DNA of 64,000 nt. Origin: Heterodontus francisci (Eukaryota). The position numbers and the translations under genes were made by a program. Each line of letters begins with the position of its first letter. Position 1 is the first letter of the stretch. The notes beneath the pieces are model-generated. The model searched no databases. It was not told the origin of the DNA and saw only the letters and a program-made list of their open reading frames with translations. Location: contig NC_090408.1 of the NCBI RefSeq assembly GCF_036365525.1, positions 39,132,124 to 39,196,123 on the forward strand, written 5' to 3'. This document shows positions 49,924-63,611 of the stretch, one piece after another.

Positions 49924-52659
49924 CTAGGGAGGAAAAAGAATGCACCATAGGCTGTTTTCTTTATAACACAAATTATTTGTCACAGTACAATTAAAAAAAA
50001 TCTATTTTAAGACAAGCGTAGAAACTTCTTTTATAAATGTACAGTAGGGTTCCCTGCTGTTTTATGGTGGTTCCACTGGGCTCCAAGTGGAGTTGTGGCA
50101 AAGCTTCCACAGATCTTTGGGCCAATTTCTCTTTGTGAATAAAGGTAAAATAAATTCCACACTAAAGGCTACAGCACATTCTGAATGTGATTTTTCTTTC
50201 CCCAAAATCAGACAATCAATAAATATGTAGAACAGTGTGAAATGGCAAGCGGTCTCCCAACACCATCCGTGTTTATCCTGCTATATTCAAACGTAGGCTT
50301 TGTCCAACCTGCAGCTCATGGATATACCTAGCCAGTGAGCTCTGGCAGCAAGGCCCATGAAGTCCAGGCAACTCAGTTCTATTTCCACTTTTATTTTTAT
50401 TTGCTAGTATGTACTAGTTAAAATTTCTGAACTTAGCAGTTTGGTAGACTAAATCGTAAATCAGAAAAACAAAATCTACTGGCATCTATGCAAGTTAATA
50501 GGAGCATTCATTGAACTTTATTTATGGTACAAAAGGCTCCATGGTGTACAACTAAATGGCCCATGAAAAGTTTGGACTCTGTGCACACCCCCACCTCTAC
50601 CATCCTGCTAGCAGTCACTGCAGCACCATCACTGGCAGGAGGGTGTAATTACATTGTGACACATTCACATAGGCAACATCATGAGAAATGTGGAATTCAT
50701 GATGAAAATCTAAAATTACAAACAGAACATTAAAATGAGGACTGAATTATGTTTGTGTGCCCTGCTCCAGTTATCTACAATCCTCTAATCCAGCTTCACT
50801 TGATATCTACACTTGGTCTTGATCTCCTTGTCTTCCATGGAAGTTTACATATATGTATCAAGACCTGCCGTCTTCCTCATAAAATTTTTTTCAGCAAATT
50901 CCAGAACCTAGACACAAATCCTAAATCTATGGGCCTACAACTACTTATCATAGGAGCAAAGGATTATTAGATAGTAAACCAATATTTAACGTGGACAGCA
51001 GTCAGTTCCATTAGTTGTAACAGGATATACTATGCCATCACCGCCTATGATTATACCACAAGTCATTTTTATTAAGCAAATTACTTGCAATTTTCCCCAA
51101 CAAAAGCCACTTTATTTAATATCAGACAAGACGTTTAGCACATTAGATCAATCATTAGGCTAGACCCTAACAAAACTCAGTAAAAGTGATTGAAATAATT
51201 GCTTTCCCTCATGGTTAGACTTGCTGTGCTGTAGGAAATCTCATTGACAGGAGATGAGGGTGATTCTTAACTCTTCCTGTCAAGCCTCATTCTAGTGGTC
51301 AATTTGACTTCTGCACCCTCCTTACCGTATGTGACAGGTTAATCCCTTGCAACCGATGCAGGTATTTAATTCATCACTCTGTTATGATTCTTTCCTCACC
51401 TTGCATCCTTGTTATTGTTACCAAAGCAATAATCTCATTGTTATTCATGTGAGTCTGTGTATTTTTCTGAAAATGAGAAACCTCAAATAGAAGGTATTTT
51501 TAAAAAAAGTAATTTAATTCCAAGGAACTGCATCCCAAGTACAACTATACTTTTAAAAAAGAATCTACTCTTCTAGTGCTTTTGCGTAGTTAATGCAGGT
51601 CATTACAGTTGGCATATCATGAAAAGGACTGATTTTTGACCCAGAGAATCAATTTGTGTACCGTGGCTGTTTTGAAGACAAAATCATTTTCACGTTTTCA
51701 TGCCATGGAATGAGAATTTTTCTTCCTTTCAGAACCATAACAATCTTACATTCTAAATTGTTAGTGTGAAAAGTAAATTATAAAGAAATTAAAAATCACA
51801 GGCCAAGTTCTCTATTGCTATTCAGTACATTGCAGCTCTGATTTGGTGATTGTAATTCAGTGCAATTTCACATGACTTAATAAATATTAATGTATTCCTG
51901 GTCAATTTTGCCAGCACATAGAAATAAAGAGGCCATCACCTTTTTAATTTTTATGGAAAAGCAAATGGCCTTTCTTTTAAACCTTGAACATCACATGCAA
52001 GCCTAATCCGATCCTGTTCTCGCCCAACATCCGCATACATAGTTTCCTCCAGGAGCCACTGGTCAACATTCAAGATAGGGATCCTACAACGTCTTTTCCC
52101 TTTCCCCATTGAGGCCAATCATGGAGCTCGACCTCTGCCTCATGGAGATCAATCCAGGGGCTGAACTGAGGATAGTCTGGCTAAGGTTCCCCTTGGGTAG
52201 TAAGGGAAGATTGCCAGGGAAGGATGGACATATCGGATAACAGAATCACCCAAAGCCATTCCTAGGCACCTCCTAATGGCCAGTTATACTAGAAGTCTGA
52301 GCCCAGTTTGACCTGTCTCCATTCTGTGTGGAATGCATATGAGACAAAAGGAGGAGGGAAAAAAAGTCCTTTATAAAGAAAAATGGAGGGAAAATATTAA
52401 TAAAAGTACTTGCAACCTTTAAAGAAGATGTACAGCATTTAGAATGTACTGGTGGTGTTTATTAATACTATTTGTTAAATGATAATTTTAAGTAATAAAA
52501 AGAACCCATGATCATAGAATATTACAGCACAGGAGGTAGTATTGCAGCTTATCACACTTGTGCTGGCTCTTTGAAAGAGCTGTTCAAGTTAGCCCCACAC
52601 CCCAGTCAAGTACATGTACGGTACTTAATTAAACAATTTGAATTAAGAAAGAATGAAAA

Positions 52660-53100
52660 AGGGACCATAAATGTCTATAGCACCTCTTATGATCTCAGGA
52701 CATCCCAAAGAACTTTATAGCCGATCAAGTACATTTGAAGTGTAGTCACTGTTGTAATATAGGAGACGCGGCAGTCAATTTATGTGCAGCAAGGTCCCAC
52801 AAACAGCAATAAAATAAATGATCCAGATCATCTGTTTTTGGTGTTGGCTGAGGGGTAAATGATGGCCAGGACACCAAGCAGAACTGGTGTCTTGGAATAT
52901 TTTATGTCTACCTGTGAGGACAGATGGGGGTTAAATTTAATGTCTCATATGAAAGACGGTACCTCAGACTGTGCATCTGTGCCTCAGTACTGTACTGAAC
53001 TGTCAATCTAGATTACGTGTTCAAGTCTCTGGAATGAGGCTTGAACCCATGATCCTCTGGCTCAGATGTGAGTGCGGCCACTGAGCCAAGGCTGACACTC
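52660..53100 (-). mobile_element. Deu-domain SINE (SacSINE1-like), near full length
   Basis: Minus strand tggctcagtgg...gggttcaagcc head, Deu core, L2-type tail. Confidence 0.78.
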
Positions 53101-53489
53101 ACCTCTGTGTTGAACCATCATTACAATATTGTATTTCCTGGCCTAAAATTGTGATATTATGTTTACAACATGTGTGCAGTTATTAAATAGTCTCATTTCA
53201 CAGAAATCATCATCATCATGACTGCATGTGTGCATAGCCACAACTGAGTAAAGACCTCTGAACGATAAGGCACATACCAATTCAGAAACACAGATTATAA
53301 AGCCCAAGAGCCCATTAAGAACATTTCTCTGCTGTTTCTGCCTTCTGCCAATTTTCCATATGGACCAGCATTAGAATTACTGTATAATTTACAACAGACT
53401 TTTACTTGATCACAGCATCACAGTGTCTGTGAAACATAATACAACTGCATACACAGACATTATAATATAGTCATAAACTACACTGGGAA

Positions 53490-53630
53490 GTTAAAAATAA
53501 AACAAGAAATGCTGTAAGCACACAGCAGGCAAGATCTGCACCTGAAAAATGTTAACCTGTTTCTGATCTCAGATGCTGATGAGTTTGCTACACTGTTACG
53601 CTATACTTATTTCTGATTTCCAGCATTTTT
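53490..53630. repeat. Decayed palindromic Penelope-derived repeat
   Basis: aaaacaagaaatgctg...cagcagg / cctgaaaaatgttaac...gatttccagcat. Confidence 0.55.
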
Positions 53631-53845
53631 TCATCTCTGTGGAAAGTTGAGCTTTGCACAATTTACATATGCTTTGCAACTATCGCAGCAGAAAGATACA
53701 TATGAAGGTACAGAAAGCACCACTGGTGAGCAGTGTGCTGGCCCAGGGAGTGGGGAAGTCACAGCCATGAAGCTACCTTGTCCTTGAGTGTACCAGCAAT
53801 TAGTCAAAACTATCTTTACAAACACTGGGCAGTGACAGCACTCAC

Positions 53846-53929
53846 CCCTAATGTCACATAACCTTCCCATCTGTAGGTTCTGCTGAGTATTTATATCGGG
53901 CACAGAAGATCTCAATGACTGGGCATACC
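53846..53929 (-). CDS. IQCH: IQCH exon ([29 protein letters not shown])
   Basis: Acceptor TTTCCTAG|, donor GGG|GTGAGT, 84 nt, phase 1-1. Matches the IQCH NTQQNxQxGRLCDI motif. Confidence 0.95.
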
Positions 53930-54516
53930 CTAGGAAACACAAAGCAAAAAAACCCCATAAAAATAGGCAATGAATGTTTGTTGAATCTAAACACTTTCCA
54001 TTCTCTGAATTAATAAAAGTAATTAATTTGCTGGGCTTGTGCTAATTTAGTCAAAGCTGCAGATTATTTAAGCACAGAGCCCACTATTCAGTGTTGTAAT
54101 TATTTAGCGTGGCACAGCATTCCTTTTGTCAGCAGCAGAACCCCCTCGCCTTAAGTGCAAATAAAGATTCCCATCTGACAGTAATTAGAACTAAATAATT
54201 CCAGACAATGTAGCTTATCATTTTGACTGCACATTTGATTAAACCCAACATACAGCAAGATTGCCCACTTATTGATTCAACACGACAACAAGCAAAAGCC
54301 CGAATTCTCATATCATTAAAGATAGAAAACATTATCTGCTATTTCAACGCAGCCTTTCAGCTTCCATTTCATACAAATGAAAGTGAATTACAGCAAATCA
54401 CCTCTCATCCGAATAGGGCCCCGTGTAATGACTTTATTTGCTTAATCCTGAAATTAAATGCTGTTTTGAGCAAGGGCCTGTGTTATTACTCTCATCATCT
54501 GAAGAACATCTTCCTA

Positions 54517-54696
<180 letters not shown>

Positions 54697-55340
54697 CTAG
54701 GAATCAAGAAGAGCATTGATCAGTGACAGAAGCTGTAATAGATTCATCAAGTTAAACTTCAGCTGCTCCACTTTAGTCAGTCAGACCAAGCCAGGCATAA
54801 ATTATATTAATTGATTTAATTACATACTTAAAACATCTTCCCCAATTAATTTAATTAGCGCTACATGATGCACTAGTAGTATTCCAAGCAGAGAGATTGT
54901 GGAGTGTGCTTTGCTTAATTAATGGAATATGAATTAAAAAGAAACTAAACATAAGTGAAGTAAGCATTAATTAAAACACTTGTCTGCAAAAAGTAAATAC
55001 AGTACGATAAAGTACTGAGCGTGCTGTCGTTGGAGAGGGAGCTTTTCAAACAAATTCAGAGTGCCATATAGTGAGTGCAGGTAGGAAACTTTTAAATTGA
55101 CTTTCCTGACAATGTAAATGCTCAGAGCAAAAGTGGTGAAAAGGCAGAGCCATTCTTTCAGGCAAAAAAAAAAATCAGTGACAGACTTTGCAGCCTCAAC
55201 GGCTGCATCTCTGATGATGGATGAAATATGATTCTCAGACAAGTGCAGGGAAAGGCAATGTGGGAACAGCTTTACAGGAGCGCTCAGGCGGAGATATTTG
55301 GAGAGTAAGGGCTGGCGGAACAGCTGGCAGCTCCACACAC

Positions 55341-55892
55341 CTTGGCCCTGCTGCGAAAATTTTCCAGGTGTCTCTGACGTGACTGCTTTAGGGTCTTCTT
55401 CACCCGCACCCTTTGAGCACGCATGAGCCAGGAGATGGAAATAACACCTGCTGCCCACTTCTGGCGACAAACTATGAGGTACGCGGTCCTGCTTTGGTAC
55501 TGCCTCCAGATAGCTTGGATTTTTGTGGCTGCTATTTCAAAGCCATCTGGCCCCTTGTACTGCTGGCCTGGACGCTTGATGATCTCCTCCACAAATTCTT
55601 TATTTTTCAATACAGGAAGCAGGTCCTCCCATTTGGGCCGTGAATTAAGCTCAAAGACAACCGATAGCTTTGCCAACTTCTGGCCTTCCACAATGGCAAC
55701 TGGCACATCGTATTCTCTTAGCTTCTTCTCAAGATATTCCAAAAAGGAAAGGATGTGTCCCCAGGACAACTGGTAATGTTGTTTGAAAGCCAGGATGTCT
55801 GGAGCCGTATAATCTATTTTGCCGTTGAAAATTGTAACATAGTAAGCTTGTGAAAATTCCTGGGGCCGATGAATTGGCACCACTTGAAACTG
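55341..55892 (-). CDS. IQCH: IQCH exon containing the IQ motif (184 codons)
   Basis: QFQVVPIH...IFNGKIDYTAPDILAFKQHYQLSWG...GQQYKGPDGFEIAATKIQAIWRQYQSR...QKWAAGVISISW...SRQRHLENFRSRAK closely resembles vertebrate IQCH as recalled. Acceptor TTCTTGCAG|, donor AAG|GTGTGT, 552 nt, phase 0-0. Confidence 0.95.
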
Positions 55893-58800
55893 CTGCAAGA
55901 ATAAAATGTTACATTAAATTCCAGGTTTTAACTCAGTTATGGACAAATTGTCAAAGTAAACTATTGTATTATCATATGCCATAAACCTTTAGCAAGCAAG
56001 GATCTTTTTAAATAATTTTCCATTTGATCAAATATATTCACCTACACATAGTTTGTACTTACAATAAAGCACAGCAGTTAAAAAATGAGATGTATTCACT
56101 CTGCAGTCAATTATACTTTAAGAAACCACATAAAGAATGTTCAGTGGAACCTCCAGAATCACCACTCTAAATACCTGCCTCCCTGATCATCCGTCAGAGT
56201 TTTTGGCAGGACATAAGCTCAGCTGAAACGTTGCATCATTGCATAGCCCACTCGTTATTTCTTTATTTGTTTCATCTTTTCTTGGTGAACACAACTGCAT
56301 TACATTCCTTTTGTTATTTGTATTGTATGCATCAACCTTCCCTAAGGTATTGGTGAATCACAAAAAAGACCAAAGTTTGTGCGTTGTCGATTATATGCTA
56401 ATTTCTATTAAACATCAGAGGGATGCTCATAATTATAGCCAGTAATGGAGGTTTTGCTTTAATATATTTGCTATCCTAGCACTAGTCAGGCATATTTCCT
56501 CTCCACCAACTACCCCACTCCACCCACCCTGCCAAACCTCATCGGCTTAGGGCAGCAGTATTGGTGGGAAAATTACACCTGCAGACTGGAGCGTCTCAAG
56601 CTACTCACATATGGAAATTGGGAAGGAATAAGAGGCTGGGGGATGAAACAGAGACGATGAGACTAGAGGGTCTAAGTATTGAAGCGGGTTATGATATTGT
56701 CCTTCATGTCTCTGTGTTCAAATCCAGTCCAGACTAACTGGATGAAAGTCGGCTCTCTGCTGGATGCAAAGACAAAACAGGGTAGACAGAGTTAAGTTAC
56801 AGGTCTAATTGAACAGGCTCAAGGGACTGAATGGTCTACTCCTGTTCCTTTGGTTATGAATTTTTGAAGTTTTAAGACAATTTACAGAAGATATAGCACT
56901 AAATTGCCTACAATTAGGCATAAATTAATGTAAAACTGAGAATTCTAACTTGCTGGCTGGTGTGAGAAGTTCACACTGATGCAGTACAGATGACCTTCAG
57001 TGGGATTGACTGGCGTGAGCTTTACTCTGTAGTCAGTCATGATGTAACTGCTGCAAAGTGGTTGAGATTTGCCATTTACTGAGAAACAGAAGAGTCCCCT
57101 GTTTTTCTCTGCTTACAAAATTGCATTCTCAAAACTTGCATGTTTCAAAGTCACATATTGCCATTGTTTCATTAATGAGTCATCAATTAAGGAGGAAAAC
57201 AGACCTTTCTCATTAAGTGATTTCTACCAAAACAGACAACTGTTCCATTCCTTAACACTGCAATCTTTCACCTTGATAAGCACAAAACCGCCCCAAAAAA
57301 CTTACATTTATAAACACATTAGAAAAAAAAATATCTAATTTGCCACTTTGAATAAGGTTCCCAACATTAATTCTGAGGACTTCATTTTGTAATAATTAAC
57401 ACCTGTTTGTTTCTCATAAAGGCATACACCACAATATAAAACCTTCATGTAAAACCAAATTCTCACCAAATAAAATTTTAACAGCAAGAGAAACGCAAAA
57501 ATCTCATACCCCACCAATTGGGGCTTCCCTGCCTTTTTCAGTTCTCCCACCATCCCACTCTCCCACCCCCAACAGCTGCTTGCTGTTACTGATTACTTCA
57601 TGGCCTCTGTCTATTCTACTGTCTTGCTCCCAAAATTTTCCTCTCTGCTTTCCAGAAAGTACTGACTCTTTCCAGCTGATAATTCAGCAAGCATCAGTTG
57701 CCCTCCAACACCTTGTACAAGTAGACATTGCTCATGTTTTAGTTTAGACAGTGATTAACAGCAGGTTATTCAACTGTTCAACATAGCCCAGCCTAATCCT
57801 GTCTCACCCGGTATTTACACAAGCTCACTTCCAGTAGGGGGTTGTCAGATATCGATCAGGAGCAGGAACCCCGGATGGTTTCCCCTTCCCTAGCCAAGGG
57901 ATGCTGAAGCTGATATCAGTCCAGCTGAAAACAACTAACTGAATTCTGCTCTGAACCTGCAATCTTCTTGATCAGTGTGGCTCAGCTACTCATTGAATAA
58001 GCTTGCTGAGTCACCAGGGAGTATGGCCAATTCCACTTCCTAACTGGTTGCCCGGAAGTTTGAAAATCCAATCCAAGATGCCTGCCCTTTGGGTTTTTTG
58101 TCCCTTTTCTCCATAGAAAACCAACTGACCCCACGCTTTGCAATTAGATGTGAAGGCACAGGTAAAATTAAGATCTCATTGTGTAGAAGAAGAACTGGTA
58201 TTTAAGATGCACCTTAATACGTCTCTTAGAAAAGTTCCAAAATGCTTCATGTGTAAGGAGTTGATGTTACTGCTACATAGGTGAATGTGGCAGCCATTTT
58301 GCCCACAGAAATGTCCCACAAATACAATGAGACGAACAACTAATCAATCCACTTCTTTTTGGTGGAATTGAAAGCATTTTCCGTTCTTCATAACGTGCCA
58401 TAGGATCGTCAATATTCACCTGAACTACCACAATAGGTAGGCTTGATTTAATGTTTCATATGAAGAACTATGCAGGGAGCTTTTGGTATGAAACTGCTTC
58501 TCACTGCTCTCCAGCACAGCACAGCTAATTGATTTTGAAACATATATCAGTTTTCTTTTTGTGTGACAGTAAGATTATTTTTTTGGTTATTTTCTTCATG
58601 TTCCCCAATTACCATGGTGAAAAAGTGGCTTGAAGACAATGTCACAACCCACCACTGCTCTGAAGGTGACCATCAGGAAGCATGTTGCAGTGACTGAGTG
58701 AGGACTCTACCTCTTATAGTCCATCCCCATTGTGAGGGTACAGCTGGTCTCCAATGACACTTCCACTCAGTAATATAGCTGAGAATGGAACCAAGGTGAA

Positions 58801-60029
58801 TGGATTTTCAGGAGCATCCACCATGGCACAACAAAGATTTAAGCACACAAGGATGAGGCGGAAGCCATAGCTGATAACCTGGGAGCTATTAACTTTCTAC
58901 CTTCCCTTTATTTTTGGATCTTGATATTCCTGGAATCACCTCAACATGAGATTATAAAGTTTGAGTTAAGTAACTTGAAAGTACTTTCTAAACACGCAAC
59001 ATTCAGAAATCATAGATTCCTGATGTGTTTCCATTCACTCACCCCATCACGCCACTGCTGATACATTTCTTGTTAACCTTGTTGAACCCTTCCTACTTAT
59101 TGATTTACAGTAAACCTTCTCCACAGCACAAAGCATACAGTAAATTAAAATACCAATAATGAGCCTGGCCAAGGGTCTTAAATCGAATGCTCAATTCTTG
59201 ATCATTATGTCTAAAGTTTAATGTTGGGTTCAGCTTTAGAACTTCTGAGCCAGATCCTATGCAGCAAGTTAGAAAAAAGAAAGGTCTTTGCATAATTACA
59301 TGTCTTATTGTTTAAATAACATTTAGCTGATTTTCTACTTGGTTCCCGAATTACTTTATGTTAGAAAGCAGGAAATTGGAACATCAACCACATCAATTAG
59401 TAATTAATTTTTAAACATCAATGCATGCTATGTAAAGCACTAGGAAAAACCCATTAAATCCATTAGTCAGCAATTCACTAGTTAATGTGATAATATATTT
59501 CCTATGAAAAAAGCTTCTATGATTAGGAGACAACTTGGTAAATGCCCTAAGGTGCGTTCTTCGCATCCATCTTCCACCCAAAAAAAAGCTGCTATTCCAC
59601 AACATTACTGGCATCATCGTAGTATGATCTATGTCAGGTCTAAATAATACTGCACCACTGGCAGTATCTAGTGGCAAAAGAACAACAATTTTCCTGGTAA
59701 AATATGACAAAGAATACCTCTACCTTGCTTTCTACCGTACAGATCTGAGAGCATCTTACCTAATTGGACCATGTCACAATACATGCCGATCTTACCCATG
59801 TCATGCTGCTTGATCCACCCTTTCAAGGTATTGGCAAAACTTGCCAGTAATAGAAAGTAAGCACTGCAAAGGGTAAACTTAAGAGTCAGTAATGGAAGAG
59901 AAATAGCTGAATGGTAGAAGATGATATCTGTTATGGAAATTGACCCAATGCAAAAGCAGAATATGTGTTGCAGACTATAATAGTGTCAGAGTTCAAATTA
60001 CTGCACTTTGCCCTCGTGGTTGTGCTTTT

Positions 60030-60423
60030 TTATAAAATTTGTTTTTGTGGGATGTGGGCATCACTGGCTCAGTCAGCATTTATTGCCCATCCCTAATTGC
60101 CCTCGAATTGAGTGGCTTTCTAGGGCACTTCAGAGGGCACTTAAGAGTCAACCGCATTGCTGTGGGTCTGGAGTCACATGTGGGCCAGACAAGGTAAGGA
60201 CGGCAGATTTACTTCCCTAAAGGGCATTAGTGAACCAGATGGGTTTTTGCAACAATCGACAATGGTTTCATGGTCACCTTTAGACGAGCTTTCTATTTCC
60301 AAATATATTAATTGAATTCAAATTTCACCAGCTGCCATGGTGGGATTCAAACCCGTGTCCTCAGTGCATTAGCCTGGGCTCTGGATTAGTAGTCCAGTGA
60401 CATTACCACTGAGCCACTGCCAT
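60030..60423 (-). mobile_element. tRNA-derived SINE (family B)
   Basis: Minus strand tggctcagtggtaatgtcactggacta...gggtttgaatccc head; body and tail as in 43412-43800. Confidence 0.82.
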
Positions 60424-61932
60424 CAAAACTCTTAAGTTGTGTTACTACTTGTGTCAGATGTTGTCACCAGGGTGTTATTTTATATGGAATGTTTGTACAA
60501 TGCTACCTTCTATTCCGGTTTCCTAATCCTCTCAACCATCATTAATTTAATGAGTCCGAGCCAAGATAATTGACTTAAGGTCAACCGACAACTTCTAAAA
60601 AGAAGCTGGATGGATATCCGAAGAGAATTGGACTTTAAGTTTACGGAGGTATAACAGTACAGCATGTCTTTTAAAGAGGGGGAGGGGGCGCTGGGAAAGG
60701 AATTTAGTGTTCTTTAGAGTATCAACAGTGATTTAGAGTGGGAAGGGAAGAAGTCAATCCTTATGTTATGGTCACATTTTTTGTTCTTTGTGCATGTTTA
60801 TTCACTAAGAGAAAAGATATTGGTGCTTGATAAATAGAACACATTTCCTTAAGTTTCAAGCAGTGACAGCACCCAAAGACTCCTAGGGCAATCTGTGGAA
60901 CAGTTCAGATCCAAGACATAACTTCCTCTTATTACTAATTTGTGCATGGTTTGAGGAGCAGATTTTATTTTCCTTTTGAAGATGGTGACTCTTGCTGAGT
61001 AGGATGCTAGCAGCTATCTACTATCCTGCCCAAATTGCCATTCTCATTTGTGAGCCTAAACAGTTATAAGGAAGCTAAGCATCTTCAAGAACATCACAGC
61101 AAGCCTCCTTCTTCTCCTGAAGGTACTGACTCCAGCTGCCATATTGCCAACTAACCCCAATCCAGTGTTCACCCAATGTCTCTACGTGTGTTCTCTTCAG
61201 AAGGTGGGGGTTTCACTTGATAGCAATCAGCAACAGGAACCCTGGATGATAGTCCCTCTCCAGTCCAAGGAGCTTTGGAGCTAATTGTAGTATCTTGATT
61301 CTGATCAACTAACTCTGCAAAGACTGTGAATAAACCTGGCAGGTTTTGATCTGTATTGTTTAGTATGACCCTGGGGCTAGATATTCATCCCCAGTGGATT
61401 TCAGCTGGACTGCAGATTAGGTTCACTGGGGATTCATTTCAGGAGGGTGGGACCCAAAGTGGAAGCAGCCCAGGCTTGTTTTGTGTGGAGCCCAGGGAGC
61501 AGGTGTGCTCTTCCCAGCCCCACAACAATAAATGCAAACTTAACTGCTGGGCGCCTCCTTGACTGGACCACCAACTGATGCTGGGAGGAGTGGTGGGAGG
61601 GCATGCACTGCACACGCACACCTAGTTCTCCTCTAGAACGCACGTCAAAGGATCCAATTTGCATTTTGAATGGGTTTACTGCCTCACTCAGGCAGATGAT
61701 CTGGCCCAGCAGTAAGCCAAGAGAAGCTTGAGATGGCCACAACAATGCCAGGAGTGGACTTGTCAGTCATTCCCCACAATTTTCAGGGTGTTGCTAATCT
61801 CTGCCAGTTATCTTTACCAGTACTCTATTGAGTGTGGATGCAATCCCTGCCATTAAATTACTTTTCACATTGAAGAAGTTCCTTACAAAAATACAGTGTG
61901 CTCTGTTTTACAATACACTTTGTTCTCCATAC

Positions 61933-62150
61933 CTGTGGCTGATGAAACTCATACGGCACCATTTCTTTACCAAGCATGTGTTGAACTGCACTGATGTCCT
62001 TAGCTGATGACTTCGATATGGATGAAGGTGCAGGAGTAACAGTGTCAATCTTTAATGGTAGTCTGGAACCTGATTTCTTGTCCAGATGTTTTATTTCATG
62101 TGTATATGACTCGCTAACGATTATACAGTAAGCATTTTTGGGATAAGTAC
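61933..62150 (-). CDS. IQCH: Probable IQCH coding exon (variable low-complexity region upstream of the IQ-motif exon)
   Basis: Open frame ...SRLPLKIDTVTPAPSSISKSSAKDISAVQHMLGKEMVPYEFHQPQ ends at a phase-0 donor CAG|GTATGG, matching the phase-0 acceptor of the next exon. Candidate acceptor is TGGTTTCCAG| at 62151. No recognisable homology, so the 5' boundary is uncertain. Confidence 0.5.
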
Positions 62151-62687
62151 CTGGAAACCAGTAACAATAGTCTAATTTTAGAAGGATCACATTAGATGTA
62201 GTGCTGATAAGCAATAAATTTAAGGTAAAAAAATACCATGATAAATTTTCTGAAGCTCTGTGTCACTGGTGGAGCTTTGCATTCAGTGGTTGTAAAATAG
62301 TCTGTGTGATTTCATGCCAATTTGCTAAGTATCTGATTCTAAGAGGCATGATTTGAGGTTCAGCTAGTGGGATCACGCTCTCATTTAAATATTTAAACAC
62401 CATTGTGAAGGGTTGTTTCCAAATTTTATGATAGTGTGAGCATTACCCATTAAAACATGGACACACACACGCACTGAGAGCTCACTGGCTGAAGCCTCTT
62501 AAATTTTAAATCTTAAAAAGATCTCAATGCTCCTTCAATTCTGATCTTTTGTGCATCCCTGATTTTAATCCCTCCACCACTAGCAGCTGTGCTTTCAGCT
62601 GCCTTGGTACTAAGTTCCAGAATTCTCTCTCTCTGCCTCATTACCTCTCTCCTCCTTTATGTTGCTCCTTAAAACCTACCTCTTCTG

Positions 62688-62820
62688 TCCTGAAGGGTCA
62701 CTGACCTGAAATGTTAACTCTGCTTCTCTCTCCACAGTTGCTGCCAGACCTGCTGAGTATTTATAGCATTTCTTGTTTTTATTTCAGATTTCCAGCATCT
62801 GCAGTATTTTGTTTTTATCT
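62688..62820 (+). mobile_element. Penelope-derived short element inserted in an L2 3' end
   Basis: gaagggtcactgacctgaaatgttaactctgcttctctctccacag...tccagcatctgcagtattttg; reverse complement of 23194-23324. Confidence 0.8.
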
Positions 62821-63269
62821 CCTTCTGTGGTTTGTGTCAAATTTTGATTAATGACGCTCTTCTGAAATGCCTTGAGACATTTTGCTTTGTTAAAGGTGCT
62901 ATATAAATGCAAGTTGTTGTTGAAGGGAGAATGCCAAATTTTTCAAGATTTTTTTTTCCATTTTATTGTCCCCTTTTCTGTGCTCAGCTCCAAATATTAA
63001 TTGGGTTTGCGGGAGAGTGCTCCATCTTTGGGTTTTCTCTCACACTAATAATTTGCTTCATTATTTTTTATTGCTGCTGGCTTTGGCGTTACAATTTATA
63101 AAGAGGTGAGAATGGCAATGTTTTTGAGGTGTTGAATGCCCTATATAATAATAGATGAGGAAGAGGAGTTTATAAGGATCCAATAAATGCAAGTGCAATC
63201 AACCGTGAGATGCTTTGACCACACCTGCTATTACCCGGGATCTGGACATGACACAGGAGACCCACCTGT

Positions 63270-63530
63270 AATAATGTTGTAACATCTGCTGCACAAAGAC
63301 CTGCTCAGAACATATCGATCAGAGTAGGCACTTCCTATGGAAATGAAGGCAACCACAGCAGAAAATTTTGATGCTACTGCATTGGGAATCTGCAGTGAAT
63401 AGCTGTATCAGGGAAGTGACTGTCACCATGTTTGCAAGATGTTGGCACCTTCATCACATTTCCTATGGAAAATAAGCATCTACTGGACAGGATACAGTAT
63501 GCTGGTATCAGGTGGACCGGTTTGAGCGAG
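63270..63530 (+). pseudogene. PIF/Harbinger (HARBI1-like) transposase relic
   Basis: Broken frames read L*HLLHKDL, ALPMEMKATTAENFDAT, CIREVTVTMFAR, FITFP..YAGI. These resemble Harbinger transposase N-terminal motifs (ALPVxxKVTxALxFYATG; CIxxVTxAL; FIxFP). Confidence 0.6.
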
Positions 63531-63611
63531 CTGCCCAAAATGGCAAAGTATTCCATTCCCCAGCACTTGACCTCTCCACTTAAGAAGCACAAAATTCATC
63601 AAAAATGTCAG

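Noticed and set aside
54967-55470. 167-aa ORF overlapping the IQCH exon end
   Set aside because: Alternate frame running through the donor into intron; no independent support.
56640-56940. LF-SINE-like remnant (gttcaaatccagtccag...gaaagtc...caattaggca)
   Set aside because: Similarity is limited to a few short words and is interrupted by a CR1 tail; too weak to call without alignment.
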